Positions 13,545 through 27,929 of a DNA stretch of 64,000 nt are shown in pieces. Position numbers and translations under genes: made by a program. The stretch covers positions 298,406,001 to 298,470,000 of the forward strand of contig OZ024741.1 in the NCBI GenBank assembly GCA_964016885.1, in the 5' to 3' direction. The stretch is from Eledone cirrhosa (taxonomy: Eukaryota). The notes beneath the pieces are model-generated. The model was not told the origin of the DNA, did no database searches, and saw only the letters and a list, made by a program, of their open reading frames with translations. Positions within the stretch are counted from its first letter, which is position 1. Each line of letters begins with the position of its first letter.

Positions 13545-16500
13545 TAATGTAATGGTACGCGATGGGGCCCACCCACAGCCCCGGCGGACAGAATGGAGAA
13601 GGCGTTTCCCCGGAGGACGGCAAGGGTGTCGCGCTGGAAAAGCCACCCCAACTCGCGGGGCTCACGTCTACGGCTGGCCAGCTCAGCGCCTATGGTGGTG
13701 AGTAAGGAGGTAGCCCTGGGGCCGAGGACACCAGAGGTTTCCACTGCCAGGGGAACGACCGCAAACCTGTCGGAGAGCAACCGGTATTTGAGGAGTTTGG
13801 CCCCCTCAGCCCGACGTGCAGCAGAACCTGGGTCAGTCGCAGACTGCACCAGGTTGCAGCTGCAGAAAGTGTCGGTGCAAGTGGCATCCCAGACGAGGGG
13901 TTTGCCACCGCGGAATGGGAAGATGGTCATGCCATCTGGCCTTTTGCCGGCCCCTCGATCCAGCCCCACAGGCTCGGGCTGGGAAGGGAAGCCTGCAGCG
14001 TCCAAGCCATGCTTAATGACCTCGTTGAGGACAGTATGGCGTGGAATGCGGCCGGCACTGTGGTGACAGGAATGCGGGTGGAAGCCGAAAGAGTCCACGG
14101 TGGAACCGCAGCGACATTGGTGTGGCTGGCAGATCCGGAGGCCGAGCCTCAGGGAAACGCCGATTCGCAGGCTATGGTTGTCTAGCTGCGTGCCAGTGGA
14201 GAAGGAGGGCAGAGCATGGAGCCAGGCACCACTGTGGGGTTTGGAGGTCGCACAAAAACAAGCAAGGCGGTGCTGGTCGAGCTGGCGCGTGAGCTTGTCT
14301 GAGGTCAGGCTGCACTGGATGGCATCCCAAGTGCGTTGGGGGACTTGACGTCAACAGGGGGAGAAGGAGGAAGGACGTCTGCTGGGCTAAGTCCCAGCCG
14401 GTCCCACGTCTCACAGGCGGCCTCACGTTCTCTGAACACAGAGGATTCTGTTGTTTTTTTGCAGAATCCTGCTGACGAGGACGCGGCACGAGGTTACCGA
14501 CGAAAGATACGCCGGAAAAGCTAGTGAGATCGGGGACCGGAGGCCTAGGCCACCATACCTGACCGGTAAAGTGGCCTGTTGCCACCCTATGTCGTCAAAC
14601 TTGACGTTGCATATTCCCTCGGCTGCTGCTCGGATACAAGTATCGAGGTCAGCGAGGAGAGATGTCTGGGTGTAGCATGGAGCGCTGCGGAGTGTATAGA
14701 GGAGCTTTGGCATGGCGAAGCAGTTCCTCACCAGAAAGAGAGCTGGGTGGCCGTCAATCAAGCCCAGTCGGCTGTTAAAGGCTGGACCTGATGGTGGAGC
14801 GGATGGCCGGCGGGTGGATCGGTGACCCGAGGATGAGGACATCCTTTTTGGGGGTCACCTGAACCTGGCGGAGAATGGACCGCACGTTCAAGACGGAGGC
14901 TGCAAAGCTCACAGCATCGAGGCTGTCGTTCACCACCTCCGACTTGGCCGAGTTGACCTGGAGGCCGACTCCCGCCAGGGCAGGAATCACCGATTGAAGG
15001 TCTTGGCAGACCGTCCGTACGGGTCCGCACAACGTAGCATCATCCAGATACCAAACTTTGAGAAAGGCCGTGATACTCCGGGCGATGTGGTCAATACCAA
15101 GGGCGAACGGAGGGGTCCCAAAGGGTCGCCCTGTTGGACCCCAGTAGCCGAGGGTATGACCGTATCAGCAGCTAGCAGCATGCTCGGGGCTCCATATGAC
15201 AGGTAGGCCAGCGGGTAGGCAGAGGGGGCTCGGCTGAGGCAGGCCTCGAGCAGATGATCCCGGCGTAAAGAGTTAAAGGCATTCCTCATGTCAATCTTGA
15301 CAATGAGGTGCCTGGAATCCCTGGATGCCGGCACCGATTAGCAGCTGCTGAAGAACTGCCTGATTGCATGAGAGGCTCCCTCACAGCTACCGGACACTCC
15401 GACACCCAGTTGCACCGGACTAAACTCCTCACCCAGTTCGTGTGTGACGCACTTGCAGATCACCCTGGCAGCCAACCTCCGGAAGACATTGCCCAGAGCA
15501 ATGGGGTGCATGCCACCCTCTTTCTTCCTGAGAGTGGTGAGGCTGGCCGAAAAAAAGAGGCCTCGGGCGTAAGGGTCGAGGGCACCATGAATGAGCCTAT
15601 TGGTGAGTGCCACAATTGCACTCAGAAGGCGGCGCCCGGCCTCAGCGGGGAGGGGGGATGTCAACTCCTTGAGGTGGCCTGGTCGGAGACTATCAACACC
15701 TCCACAGCTGCTAGCTGGGAAGGACCTGATGGCGGACATGAAATCTGCATCAGTAGCCACAAGGAGTAGGTGGGGGTCGGGTGGGAGTATGGGTCTGAGA
15801 TCAGTGGGTGGCTCAGGGTGTTTGAGCCGCAGAGCAGCCAGGATCTCCTCGGTGGGTTGGAGGACAGTGTCCTCTGAGGCAACAACTCTGACTGCGGCCG
15901 AGACATCACCCATTATCAGCTTTGCGTTTACCTGGTCACGCAAACGCTTGGCGCTGGCCTCGGGGGTGGAGGATAGGGGGTACCTGAGGGTGGGGTGTGT
16001 GGCGTCCCTGGGCACGCTTGGAATGGGCGCTCGCCCAAATGACGAGACATTGGCCTTGACGAAGGCTGCTGTTGACCGGCCGCCCCGGTCAGCGCCAGAG
16101 CTGGGGAGGCCGATGGCGAGTGGGGAAAAATAGAACAGCCGCTCCCAGTCACTGGCTCGATTGGAGTCCAGGGTGCTGTCAATCGAGGAAGCGAGGGCAT
16201 CGGCCACCGGCACCTGTGCCGCTGTCGGGATCCTGAGTGGGATCTTCCGGAGCCGCCTGAGCCGAGCGATGTTGACCAGCGAGGCTCGGGCATCAGGCAA
16301 GCTCGCTGTCCCATCTGGTGGTGTGCCAGACGGCCGTGGCTGGGAAGACGCATCTCCTGCACCTCCACGCTGCGAGGGCATTGGAAGCTCGACGTGTCAA
16401 GCCAACGCAGGTGAGGTGGTGGAAACAGCCGCACCCCAAACAGTTCCGGCCCCTCTTCCGTTTGTTAGTAGTGCCGCAAGTACTGCAGGTGTCGATTTGG

Positions 16501-16812
16501 AGGGGTGGGGGATGGGGCGTGGGGTCGGGGACTGAGGCACCGAGCGGCATCAGGGGTGGGTGGCTGGTGTGTGTGGTTGGAAGGGAAAGTGCTGGTAAGA
16601 GGGCAGCATAGCTCACCTATATATATGGAGGTGCCAGAAAACGAGAGCGAAAAGGGGCTGCATGGAGAGGGAGACACAGGAAGGTAGATTGGCAGTAAAT
16701 GAATGCGTGAATGGATGGATGTACACAAAAAAAGGAGGGAATGGGGGGGGGGGGACAAGGGGTTGTTCCCAGCGGAAAGACCCAGAGTTCAGCACGCACA
16801 CATGCGAGCAAC
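13545..16812 (-). mobile_element. CRE-like non-LTR retrotransposon (PHD finger, RT, CCHC, restriction-like endonuclease), disrupted
   Basis: GC-rich island; HPIALGNVFRRL, KIDMRNAFNSL, GVQQGDPLGP, VWYLDD, ATLPVRYGGLG, RH..LN..EP..RPDG..WD.T; C4HC3 motif at ~16350-16490; several frameshifts and stops. Confidence 0.88.
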
Positions 16813-17110
16813 TGAGTAGTTTGTCAAAGACGATATTCTCAATGGACGCGCTTACAATATTTGAATATAACTGAACCGTCGTGTCATTTAATTTGAAAAG
16901 TGGAGCAAAGTAAAAGGAAAATAGTGAATTTGGAGTGTCAATCCCTTGTGATTTTTTTTTTTTTTAGATATTAGGGTTTGGCTTTAAGTTAGGTTAAACG
17001 GTTACCTATCTATGTCAAAAAATAAAAACGAAAGCAAAGCAAATGCTTTGACCCATACCTATTGCCTATTCTATGTATTAAGCACACAACATAATTTGGA
17101 TTTATTTCAG

Positions 17111-17308
17111 TTGGTCCATTTATTACGCTACCAAACCAATTCTATTTCAACTTGGAAGCAACATTCGTGAACGGGAAAGAGATTACATCATTTGTTGAGT
17201 ATTACGACCATCCGGGTAATCGTGGATTGATTGTGCAATCCGAAAAAGGTGAAGTGGAAAGGATGTATTTTAACTATGCAACTAATGAAATATTTAACAT
17301 CAAAAATA
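17111..17308 (+). CDS. Host gene coding exon 2
   Basis: TTTCAG| ... |GTAAGT, 198 nt, phase 1-1; IGPFITLPNQFYFNLEATFVNGKEITSFVEYYDHPGNRGLIVQSEKGEVERMYFNYATNEIFNIKN. Confidence 0.88.
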
Positions 17309-17589
17309 GTAAGTAATAATTTTCATTTCATTAGTGATTACGTTAAATTCCCATTCTCCAGCCCCGCCTTCCTTTTAGAACCTATATCTCACACAGAATC
17401 ACGATTATATATTTATTGTGGCAATATGATTAGGAATATACACTATATATGATGACATATGTGTTTGTTTGCTTAATGTGTACTATATTGAACGTCAGAC
17501 AAAATGCTTTCTGAATTCAAATATCCCCAACGTCAATTTTGGCTTTCATCATCCTGAGGTCGATAAAATAAAGTACCAGTTTAGTATTA

Positions 17590-18809
17590 CTTACTTACTT
17601 GTACTTGTGTCGACATTCACCCTGGACGGGTTGAGCCGGCTTCTTCCATTGTCCTGACGGCATCCCGAACCATGGCAGCCCACGCACGACGGTCTCGGGC
17701 TAGGTCACTGGAGATAGCGAGCCAGTCACGTTCCATCGGCGCAAGCCGACCACCTGCGGACCTGAGAGTTCGGAGAGGTCCTCCTTGATCGCCGCTGTCC
17801 AGGTCTTCAGCTGCCCGCCAACGCGCTTGCACCAGTTAGGGAGTGGAGGTGGGAGGAGAACATCCCGGATCAGCTCACCCTCAGGGCGCCAGGCTGCGTG
17901 ACCAAACCATCTCAAGCGCCGTTGCAGAAGCACTGAAGGAAGGGGTCGAAGATTCAGGCGAAGACGAAGACTGGTGGTAGGTACCCGATCAACGCGTCGG
18001 AGACAGTCATTGTCGAAGACCTCCAGCCCCCGTTGATCACCTACCCTCATAGGCCATGTTTTACAGCCTTAGAGGAGGATAGTGCGAACGACAGCCTGGT
18101 AGATTCGCCCTTTGGTAGCCGAGGTTATCTCTCTTCTGTCCCACAGACACCGCTGGAGGCGCCCAAAAGCAGATCTGGCAGCTCCTATGCGACGCTTGAC
18201 CTCGGCTGCGCCCTGTCCCGTTGGAACCACTGTTGAGCCCAGGTAAACGAAGGACTCCACATCCTCCAGGTCCACGCCCTCGAGAGATATTGGCTGCCAG
18301 GCATCAGGCGAGACCAGTGACGTCATGACTTTCGACTTGGCGGCATTGAATCGTAGACCAACAGCGGCGGCTGCAGTGTGCACCCTTTCGAGAGCACCTT
18401 GTACATCTGTCCCGTTAGCGCCCATCAGCACGATGTCATCCGCGTAGGCCAGGTCCGTCACCACGACCCCTCTCCCGACCTCTACGCCCGGGTAATCCCG
18501 GAGCGCTGTGTTGAGAGTGTAGTCAATGGCGTAGTTAAAGAGAGTTGGCGATAGCGCACACCCTTGCCGAACACCGGTCCTAACATCGAACGACTCCGTC
18601 TCCCCACCATAGACCCTCACTCGAGCCCGAGTCGACCGGTAGTAGCCTTGTATGAGACGAAGCAGCTTCACTGGGATGCCGTCCGCCTGCATTATACGCC
18701 ATAGGGCTTCCCGATCTACCGAGTCGAAGGCAGCTGCAAAGTCGACGAAGCAGAGAACGGTAAGCTGTTGATGTGCCCACCGTTGTTCCAGGACACGTCG
18801 AATCTTCTT
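17590..18809 (-). mobile_element. 5'-truncated RTE-clade LINE with (TAAG)n tail and 13-bp TSD, inserted in a SINE
   Basis: FVDFAAAFDSVDR, GVRQGCALSPTLFN, LAYADD, RRLRWFGH; TSD CAGTTTAGTATTA at 17577-17589 and 18810-18822; SINE halves at ~17515-17589 and ~18823-18890. Confidence 0.92.
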
Positions 18810-18925
18810 CAGTTTAGTATTAGGGTCGAGATAATCGACTTCCTCCTACCCCCAAATTATTGCCCTTGTTTCCAAATTAGAAGTCATTATATTTGTCTTA
18901 ATACATCTCTCTTTAATTTCGACAG

Positions 18926-19153
18926 ACATATGTAGCGTTGGGGATCTCAGCGTAAGCAGCTCTGGTTTGATTATGGGATCGACAAAAAATGGTTCAAGTA
19001 TTATGTTTTCTCCGGCCAGAATGCTTTTTCTAGAGAATCGCGGCATCTATATGGGGACGAAAACAATACGTGGCATTCCCTGTTACCATTGGTCGTCTTG
19101 CCAGCAATGGGACGTTTTTGATGCTGATATGAAAGTTGATTGGTATTTTGCAG
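18926..19153 (+). CDS. Host gene coding exon 3
   Basis: GACAG| ... |GTAAAA, 228 nt, phase 1-1; ICSVGDLS...YMGTKTIRGIPCYHWSSCQQWDVFDADMKVDWYFA. Confidence 0.88.
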
Positions 19154-20459
19154 GTAAAAATAATAAGTTATAACTAGATAAATAAACAAATATTAAAAAA
19201 ATAAATCTATATTTTTTGTGGCCATATAGATTTTCTGCTAAATCATTGCAGGATGTTAAGTGTTAATGTGTATTGAAATGAGTTATATTAAGAGTTTAGA
19301 CATGTTTCCATAAATTTCTCTCCTTAATTATTCTTTCAAACATTCCTCAAATATGCTAAAGGAAAAATAAGCAAATTCGGGACTGTTTCGTTTTCATACC
19401 CCAGCTATTGTAGTTGAAACATTCAAATTTTGAGTCATTACCAACATATATTTTATATAGCTCCATTGATATATTAGGTAAAAAAATAAAAATAAAGAGA
19501 AATTCCTTATAAGAAAAGTAAAACAATTCTTAGATAAAGTAAAAAAAAAACCTTATGGACATTGCCCTTCCTTCTTCGATTAAGCCATGAGGAAAAATTT
19601 AAACTGTTCTCAATATAACCTTCGTGACTTTCATTGATACAAATATAGAGATAAGTAGAGAAAGAGCTTTAGGTATACCTAAGTACATGACTGGTACATA
19701 TTTTCATAAAATTCCATAGAAAAAGAAAATTACAATATATTGATTTGTATTTTATACTCATCACAGCTAAACTATCCCTAGGATTTTTTTTACAGACTTA
19801 TATGGATTAATTTTAGTCGACGTACATCACCATACATTTCATATCCTCACCTCGAGACGTATTCTGTTGCTACGCATGATTTCTATTTACAACAATGTGA
19901 AGTGATCAAGCGAGATTTAAGTGGGACGTCAACATACGTAGAAAAGCGCCTCGGACTAGATATAAACTTTGATTCACTTGAACTTTAGACATATACATTT
20001 GTGATATCAGAAGACATATCGTGAGTAATATGATGGCACAGATGGCCGAGTCGATTGGGCTTGCTAAATGAACTGAGGTGCTTGTAGTTCGTACACTGTC
20101 GTCAGCACTGTTGCTTAGATACTTAGAGTAAATCTAAATAGATTGGCACTGTATGTTCCCACTGAATGAAACACCAACATTACAACTGCTCAAGAATTCC
20201 TTTCGCTTGAAAAGCTACTTTCAATAGATCAAAACTTTGTCTAGGGAAAGAATACTATTTATCATATTTTAACACTAAAAAAATGGGGTCGATAGCACTT
20301 TGTGAGTTTCAGAAGAATTCAATCAGGGCAACATAGAGCAATCTCTTTGGGAGTAGACTTCACAATTTGTTTTAGATTCCTTGTTTATAAAGACTTCAGA
20401 CACTGTGCCAACTCTAAAATTTATTCGATTTGCGGTATTTATTTAAGGTTTTATACGTT

Positions 20460-20610
20460 ATAAGTTAAAATCCCGCTGAGGTCAACGTTGCCTTTCATAC
20501 TTCCCGGGTCGATAAAATAAAGTACCAGTCACATACTGGAGCTAATTCTATCAACTTTGCCCTTCCCCCAAATTGCTTGTCTTGTGGCTAAATTAGAAAT
20601 AATTATCATT
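20460..20610 (+). mobile_element. SINE copy
   Basis: Match to the SINE consensus. Confidence 0.75.
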
Positions 20611-20642
20611 AACACTTATTTATTTTTTTGCTTTGGTTTTAG

Positions 20643-20794
20643 TTGACAACTTCTGGTCGACCGCTGATTCCTCTGATTACCATATACCAGTCCGATGTAA
20701 TGTGGAAGGAATCGCACATTTTAATAATTTCCATAATGTGTATGATTTCTTTCATTTTCGCTCTGGCCTTTCAGATGATACAGCAATTTTTGAA
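20643..20794 (+). CDS. Host gene coding exon 4
   Basis: TTTTAG| ... |GTGAGT, 152 nt, phase 1-0; DNFWSTADSSDYHIPVRCNVEGIAHFNNFHNVYDFFHFRSGLSDDTAIFE. Confidence 0.88.
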
Positions 20795-21759
20795 GTGAGT
20801 ACTTTCTGTATTTTCCAAGTTGTACTTGTATGACAAGTAATTTGATCTGTGTTAAAACTAAAATGGAAGAGCCATTTTATCAATTTAAAAACGTATAAAA
20901 AACCGTTAACCTTACTATATACGTTTCATTTATTTCATGGTATCAGAAATTTAGAAATAAAAGGTAAATGTAAGGTAAAGTTAACAGTTTTTTTTTCTAA
21001 ATATACAGTATAAAATAACTTCAACGATGTAATTGCAACTTTTTGTGTATTTTCTAATCACACGTCTGTAATAAATCTCAGTCCTTTCTCTCCACTTGGT
21101 ATGTTGCAAAGTTTTATAGGGAGGGAGGAGGGGGGGGATATAGTCGATTGAATCAACCCGAGTATGTTATTAAGTACGTTTTGATATCCTTACCCACATT
21201 GAACTGTTCCATGAACATTCCAGTCGTAACCATAGGATCTTTTGTTTCATTCATAGTGTATCTACATTATACAATGTGTCTTTCTTTATACAGACAAAAG
21301 GGAGTAATTTGAGCGTTCTTTGGTTGCTAATTCTAGGAAATTTAGCGATTTCGTAAAATCTCCCTCGTTGGCTCGTCATTGTACTTGTATACATTAAACA
21401 TGGATGGAAAGCATGATGAAACCCGGTGTCACTCGAGGCTAGAAATTAGATAAACAAAAATACAAACGAGGTCCTTGCCTCCATTGGTATAGCTAAATGT
21501 ATTAGAACATTGTCAGCTTAATGCTAGCTACAAAAACTGGAGATAAGCACTGGTTCAGTGAGATCTTTGTGACACAGAAGGAGATTTTGTAACAAGTTAT
21601 ATTCTTTTACTATTTTACTGGTTTCAATCATTTGACTACAACCATACTAAGGCAACAGCTTCAAGAATTTTAATCAATCATACCAACCTTCCGTACCTAT
21701 TTCAAAATGGTACTTTTTATGATTTTATTGTACTCTATTGATCGAATAGCTAGAACGTA

Positions 21760-22162
21760 CTCTGGGGTTTCGAATAATCATCCATACCCACCGCTAATTA
21801 ATTTTCCAGATTTTTTGCAACCCCCCAGCTCTTATTCTAATCCCTTCGTCTAGTAGATATTTGCTAATCTATCTCCGGCGAAATTTTATTTTAAGTGGGA
21901 GCATTCCTGTGACAATTAATTTTCTTTATATATTAAAAAACATTATACATGACAAAAAAAGTACATTACAAGAAATTTCATAAAATAAATAGGATAGGTT
22001 GGGGGTCTCAATATGTAAAGTAAACGACTAATTCTGGTTTTTGAAAAAATCAACGGAGACAACCTAGAAAAATTAGCGATTTTCCAACCCCCGCTTATTC
22101 CAACACCCTCACTTATTCCACCACCACTCATTTTAAACCCCCTATTATTTGGGACCCGAGAG
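21760..22162. mobile_element. Putative Tc1/mariner/pogo-type MITE
   Basis: Imperfect TIRs ta|CTCTGGGGTTTCGAATAAT and ATTATTTGGGACCCGAGAG|ca; internal ACCCCC..TTATT subrepeats. Confidence 0.55.
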
Positions 22163-22268
22163 CACACATCAACACACGGATTTAAACTTCACACGGAAAA
22201 AAATATTGCCTGTTCAATTTTATAATCATTAAGTTGAGACAATGGTTTTTCTTTCTGCCTGTTTCCAG

Positions 22269-22391
22269 ACTCCAGATGGTGTTTACTGCCCAGGCCGTAA
22301 GATAACAAAGAATTTGCCAAATGTACCACTGACTATGTCTTTCTACACAGAAATTATCACAAAAAGTTATCCATTGATTGCGACAATGAAG
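22269..22391 (+). CDS. Host gene coding exon 5
   Basis: TTCCAG| ... |GTAAAT, 123 nt, phase 0-0; TPDGVYCPGRKITKNLPNVPLTMSFYTEIITKSYPLIATMK. Confidence 0.88.
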
Positions 22392-22594
22392 GTAAATTTT
22401 CTGCACTTACTATCCTCCCATATATATATATACGTATGTTTAGACACAGAATCTTTGCTCTCGCGTTATTCGGGATCTTCAGAAATCTTTATTCGTTTAC
22501 TTGCTTCAGTTATTAGACTTCAATTATTAGTCTGCCTTGATCATATCGACTTCTTCAAGTTTGGTACTTATTTTACCGATATCTTATGGTAGAC

Positions 22595-22905
22595 CTACTG
22601 AGAGTGGCTAGCAAGGTCCGAGTTAACGGGCCTGCTCTGAGTATACGTCTGTAAATTGGAACTGAAGAACTGAGAGAATACACTTGCCTTAGCGGTCAGA
22701 TTTTATGAGCTTTTTTTTTATGAGGAACCTTTGGACATCTATTCCCTATTGAAGAATATCCATTGTTTTAATTTTTATTGTCACCTCTTTTTTTTTACAT
22801 GCAACACCCCCACACACACATACACACACTCAGTGTTTTTGTCCTGTGCCGCTCTTAATGTTTTTCTTAATGTAAACCATCTGTGGCTAATAAAGAAATC
22901 CTTGT
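22595..22905 (+). mobile_element. 3' end fragment of the same L1/Tx1-like family
   Basis: Encodes RVASKVRVNGPALSIRL*, like the VARMARVNGPSLYISL* end of the first element; T-rich UTR ending GTGGCTAATAAAGAAA. Confidence 0.6.
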
Positions 22906-23019
22906 TATTATTATTTAACAATCAATTAGCATACAAATGATACAATAGGGACATGAATGCAAAAGCAAGGATTTTTTGTTGTTGCTGTTGTTGTTATCAT
23001 TATTATTAGTAAAAAGTTA

Positions 23020-23180
23020 CGTCCCTTTACGTTCTGAGTCAAAATTTCCTCAGAGGTTATCTTCGCCTTTCATTCTTACGGGGTCGATAAAATAAAGTAC
23101 CAGTAACGCACTGGTGTCGACTGAATCGACTTTCACTCACCCCAAACTGCTGGCCTTGTGCCTATAGTAAAAATCATTAT
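23020..23180 (+). mobile_element. SINE copy
   Basis: Match to the SINE consensus. Confidence 0.75.
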
Positions 23181-23185
23181 TATTA

Positions 23186-23805
23186 CTAGTAGAAAAACCA
23201 CCCCTCGGGTGGTTTTCTGCTAGCCTGTGTAGTGTGCATATTGATATTATATGCAAGTATATATACATTTAGATATGATACATCAAATAAAATCGTAATT
23301 GACAATATACACAGAAATTGAACGAAGACTGCGTTACACTGTCTTATGTAATCAGTAACGTAATCCATTGACGGAAATATGACTGTTTATTTAAGCGATT
23401 GCTAACCGGAAGTGTTGGCATTTGAAATTTTAAAGAAGTGAATCATAAAATAAGCGACAAAATTATTTATATTTAATCAAGAATAACGAAATTTAGATAA
23501 ATTATGTAATATTCATTCATTATTTGTGGATTGGCAGTATCAGTAGAGGGTCGGACGTCATGCTTTGCAGCACAGTTACGTCCCTTTACGGACTGAGTTC
23601 AAATACCGCTGAGGTTAACTTTGCCTTTCATCCTTACGGGGTCGATAAAATAAAGTACCAGTAATACACTGGGATAATTGCTGGCCTTGTGCCAAAAGTA
23701 GAAACAATTATTTATTCAAAGTAATCCAACTTATTTTACAAACTGGATAAAAAATAAATATATTCTGGACGCTGTCTCGCACTCCTCCCTTTATTATAGT
23801 TTAGA
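23186..23805 (-). mobile_element. Non-autonomous Helitron containing a SINE (second copy)
   Basis: Colinear with 8512-9172; same TC and hairpin-CTAG termini, between A and T. Confidence 0.75.
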
Positions 23806-23811
23806 TTGGTG

Positions 23812-24025
23812 ATGGATTGGCAGTATCGGTAGAGCTTCGGACAACATGCTTCGTGGCATGTAGTTACAGCTCTTTACGTTTTGAGTTCAAATCTCGCCGA
23901 GGTCAGCTTTGCCTTTCATCTTTACGGGGTCGATAAAATAAGATACCAGTCGATTTAATCGATTTAATCGACTTACCCTTCTCCCAAAATTGCTGGCCTT
24001 GTGCCTATATCAGAAACAATTATTA
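23812..24025 (+). mobile_element. SINE copy
   Basis: Full tRNA-like head plus core. Confidence 0.8.
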
Positions 24026-24656
24026 TTATCTTGTATTTAATAGTACTAAAAAAGGTCGATAAAATGTACCAGTCTAGTGTTGGGGGTCGACTCTTCCTCT
24101 ATATCTCTTTGTCTATCCTTCTCTGAAAGAAATCTGCTGTATGCAGACCTGGAGAGGAGATAGGCTCCGCCAAGTTTTAAAAAGGCCCAAGACACACTGT
24201 ATGTCAACATGGCGCACCTACTACTCCTTCAGGAGCTACTGGACTATGCGAGCTCAACTATTATTTGAATATTCAGTTTACACCGTTAACTTATTAGTAC
24301 TATGCACTAGTTCTTTCACCACGTTAAATTATGTAACTATGTAATCTATCTCTTCGCATGCAACCGAAGTTCTTCATGTTCTTTCGTTTATCCGTTACGT
24401 ATTTCTGAATTTTGAATGATATTTGCTTGTAATGTTTATATCTGCGTCCACGGATTTAAGAATAGAGTGAAAGCAGAAATTCTGTTTATTAACATATATC
24501 TCTATCTATCGGTTGCAACTTCAGGTAGAAGGAGCAACGTGAAATAAAGTGTCTTGCTCAAGGACATAACGCATCGTCCGGTCCAGGAATTGAACTTACC
24601 ACCTCACGATTGCGAATCCAATTCTCTAACCACTTGGCCACGCGCCTTCACGCGCT

Positions 24657-24660
<4 letters not shown>

Positions 24661-24744
<84 letters not shown>
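24661..24744. repeat. (CA)n microsatellite
   Basis: Direct reading. Confidence 0.95.
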
Positions 24745-24748
<4 letters not shown>

Positions 24749-25096
24749 CTGACGTACCCAGCTTCGCCCGGGTAAACAGATGATAAGAGAAGACAGGTAA
24801 AAGAGAAAATGACTGTATTGGATGTTTGTCTGGTTACAGTATGAGGCGAGACCGTGGTGTCTGTGTGATACAAAAAAAACAGTAAAAAAAATCTTCCAGA
24901 TTCTTCGTTGTACCGTTTGTGCATAGTATATGAACAATTCTAGGTGCTCCCACCTAGAATAGTGACTTCTAGGAGATGGTTTATCTTCTGCCTGACTGTA
25001 AAACGTGTATCATTGCATAGACGTGGTTGTTCCACGTTTCTCAAAAGGATGATGGAAGTTCCAATCTTTTATATTATATGTAGATATAGATATAGA
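24745..25096 (-). mobile_element. Short non-autonomous Helitron (different family)
   Basis: Minus strand: A|TCTATATCTATATC... 5' end; ACCCGGGCGAAGCTGGGT hairpin then CAGCTAG|T 3' end. Confidence 0.75.
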
Positions 25097-25577
25097 TAAT
25101 TAATATAAAAGATGTCCGTCAATGTAAAAAAAGGTCCCTATTTACTCCCTTCACAACTCTGTGTATGTTAGACTGACAGACAGGCACACAGACAGATAAA
25201 CTGCGTGGCGATTGTGGGATGCCGCACGTACACACATATACACGCATGGAAACGCGCACACGCACGCAAACTTACACACACGCACACACACATAAACATA
25301 CGCGCACGTACATACACACGCACACATGTTAATAGTTATTGCTTTCCTTCCCCTCTTATTTCCACACATACACATGTCTCTACACTGACACATATACATA
25401 GTGCATCCAAACACAGCGTTCACTTTGCCTCTCTCTCCCCTCACACTCCCTCATTGGCATTATGCATATTAATTTAAGTTTGGCGTCGTTGAGGTGGGCG
25501 GAGTCGTTTGAAACCTATGAACCAATGATAATCGAGAATTATGACGGAATACTGACATTGTTCAAATTAATATAAAG

Positions 25578-27453
<1,876 letters not shown>

Positions 27454-27929
27454 AATGAAAAACTTGAACAGGGACAGAACAGAGAGGCAGTACAATAAAT
27501 GTTTATATATATATATATATATATATAAATATAGTATTAAGGGTACTATTTATGGTTATCTATTCAATAAAACCTTTAATGGTAATATATTATATATACA
27601 AACCTTAAATAGTGAAAGATAGTCATTAATTACTATCCTATTACCAGTAAGATAAATAGCTCAATGTAATAACATCAGTTGTTTTACAGAGCAGTTATAT
27701 AGAGATTACAATAATCAAAGTTCAGTTTAAGTCATTTATTTGCTTACAATTGTTTCCTCCAAACCGAGGTTTGGATTCTTCGGAGCAACTATTTACTGAT
27801 CTATAACATACTTGACCTCCTTTTCAACCCAAGAGACATATAAAACATATGCGCATATTGATCAACAGTGGGGTGACATTCATCAAATGATATAGCATGG
27901 CAATTTACATATAAAGGACTAGAAAACTA

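Noticed and set aside
13516-16874. Plus-strand ORFs over the CRE-like element, and antisense ORFs over the L1-like copies
   Set aside because: Shadow ORFs of GC-rich retroelement coding sequence with no recognisable motifs.
19796-19910. Candidate exon after TTTTTACAG
   Set aside because: The phase-compatible frame runs into a stop with no family motif, and exons 3 and 4 already join in frame.
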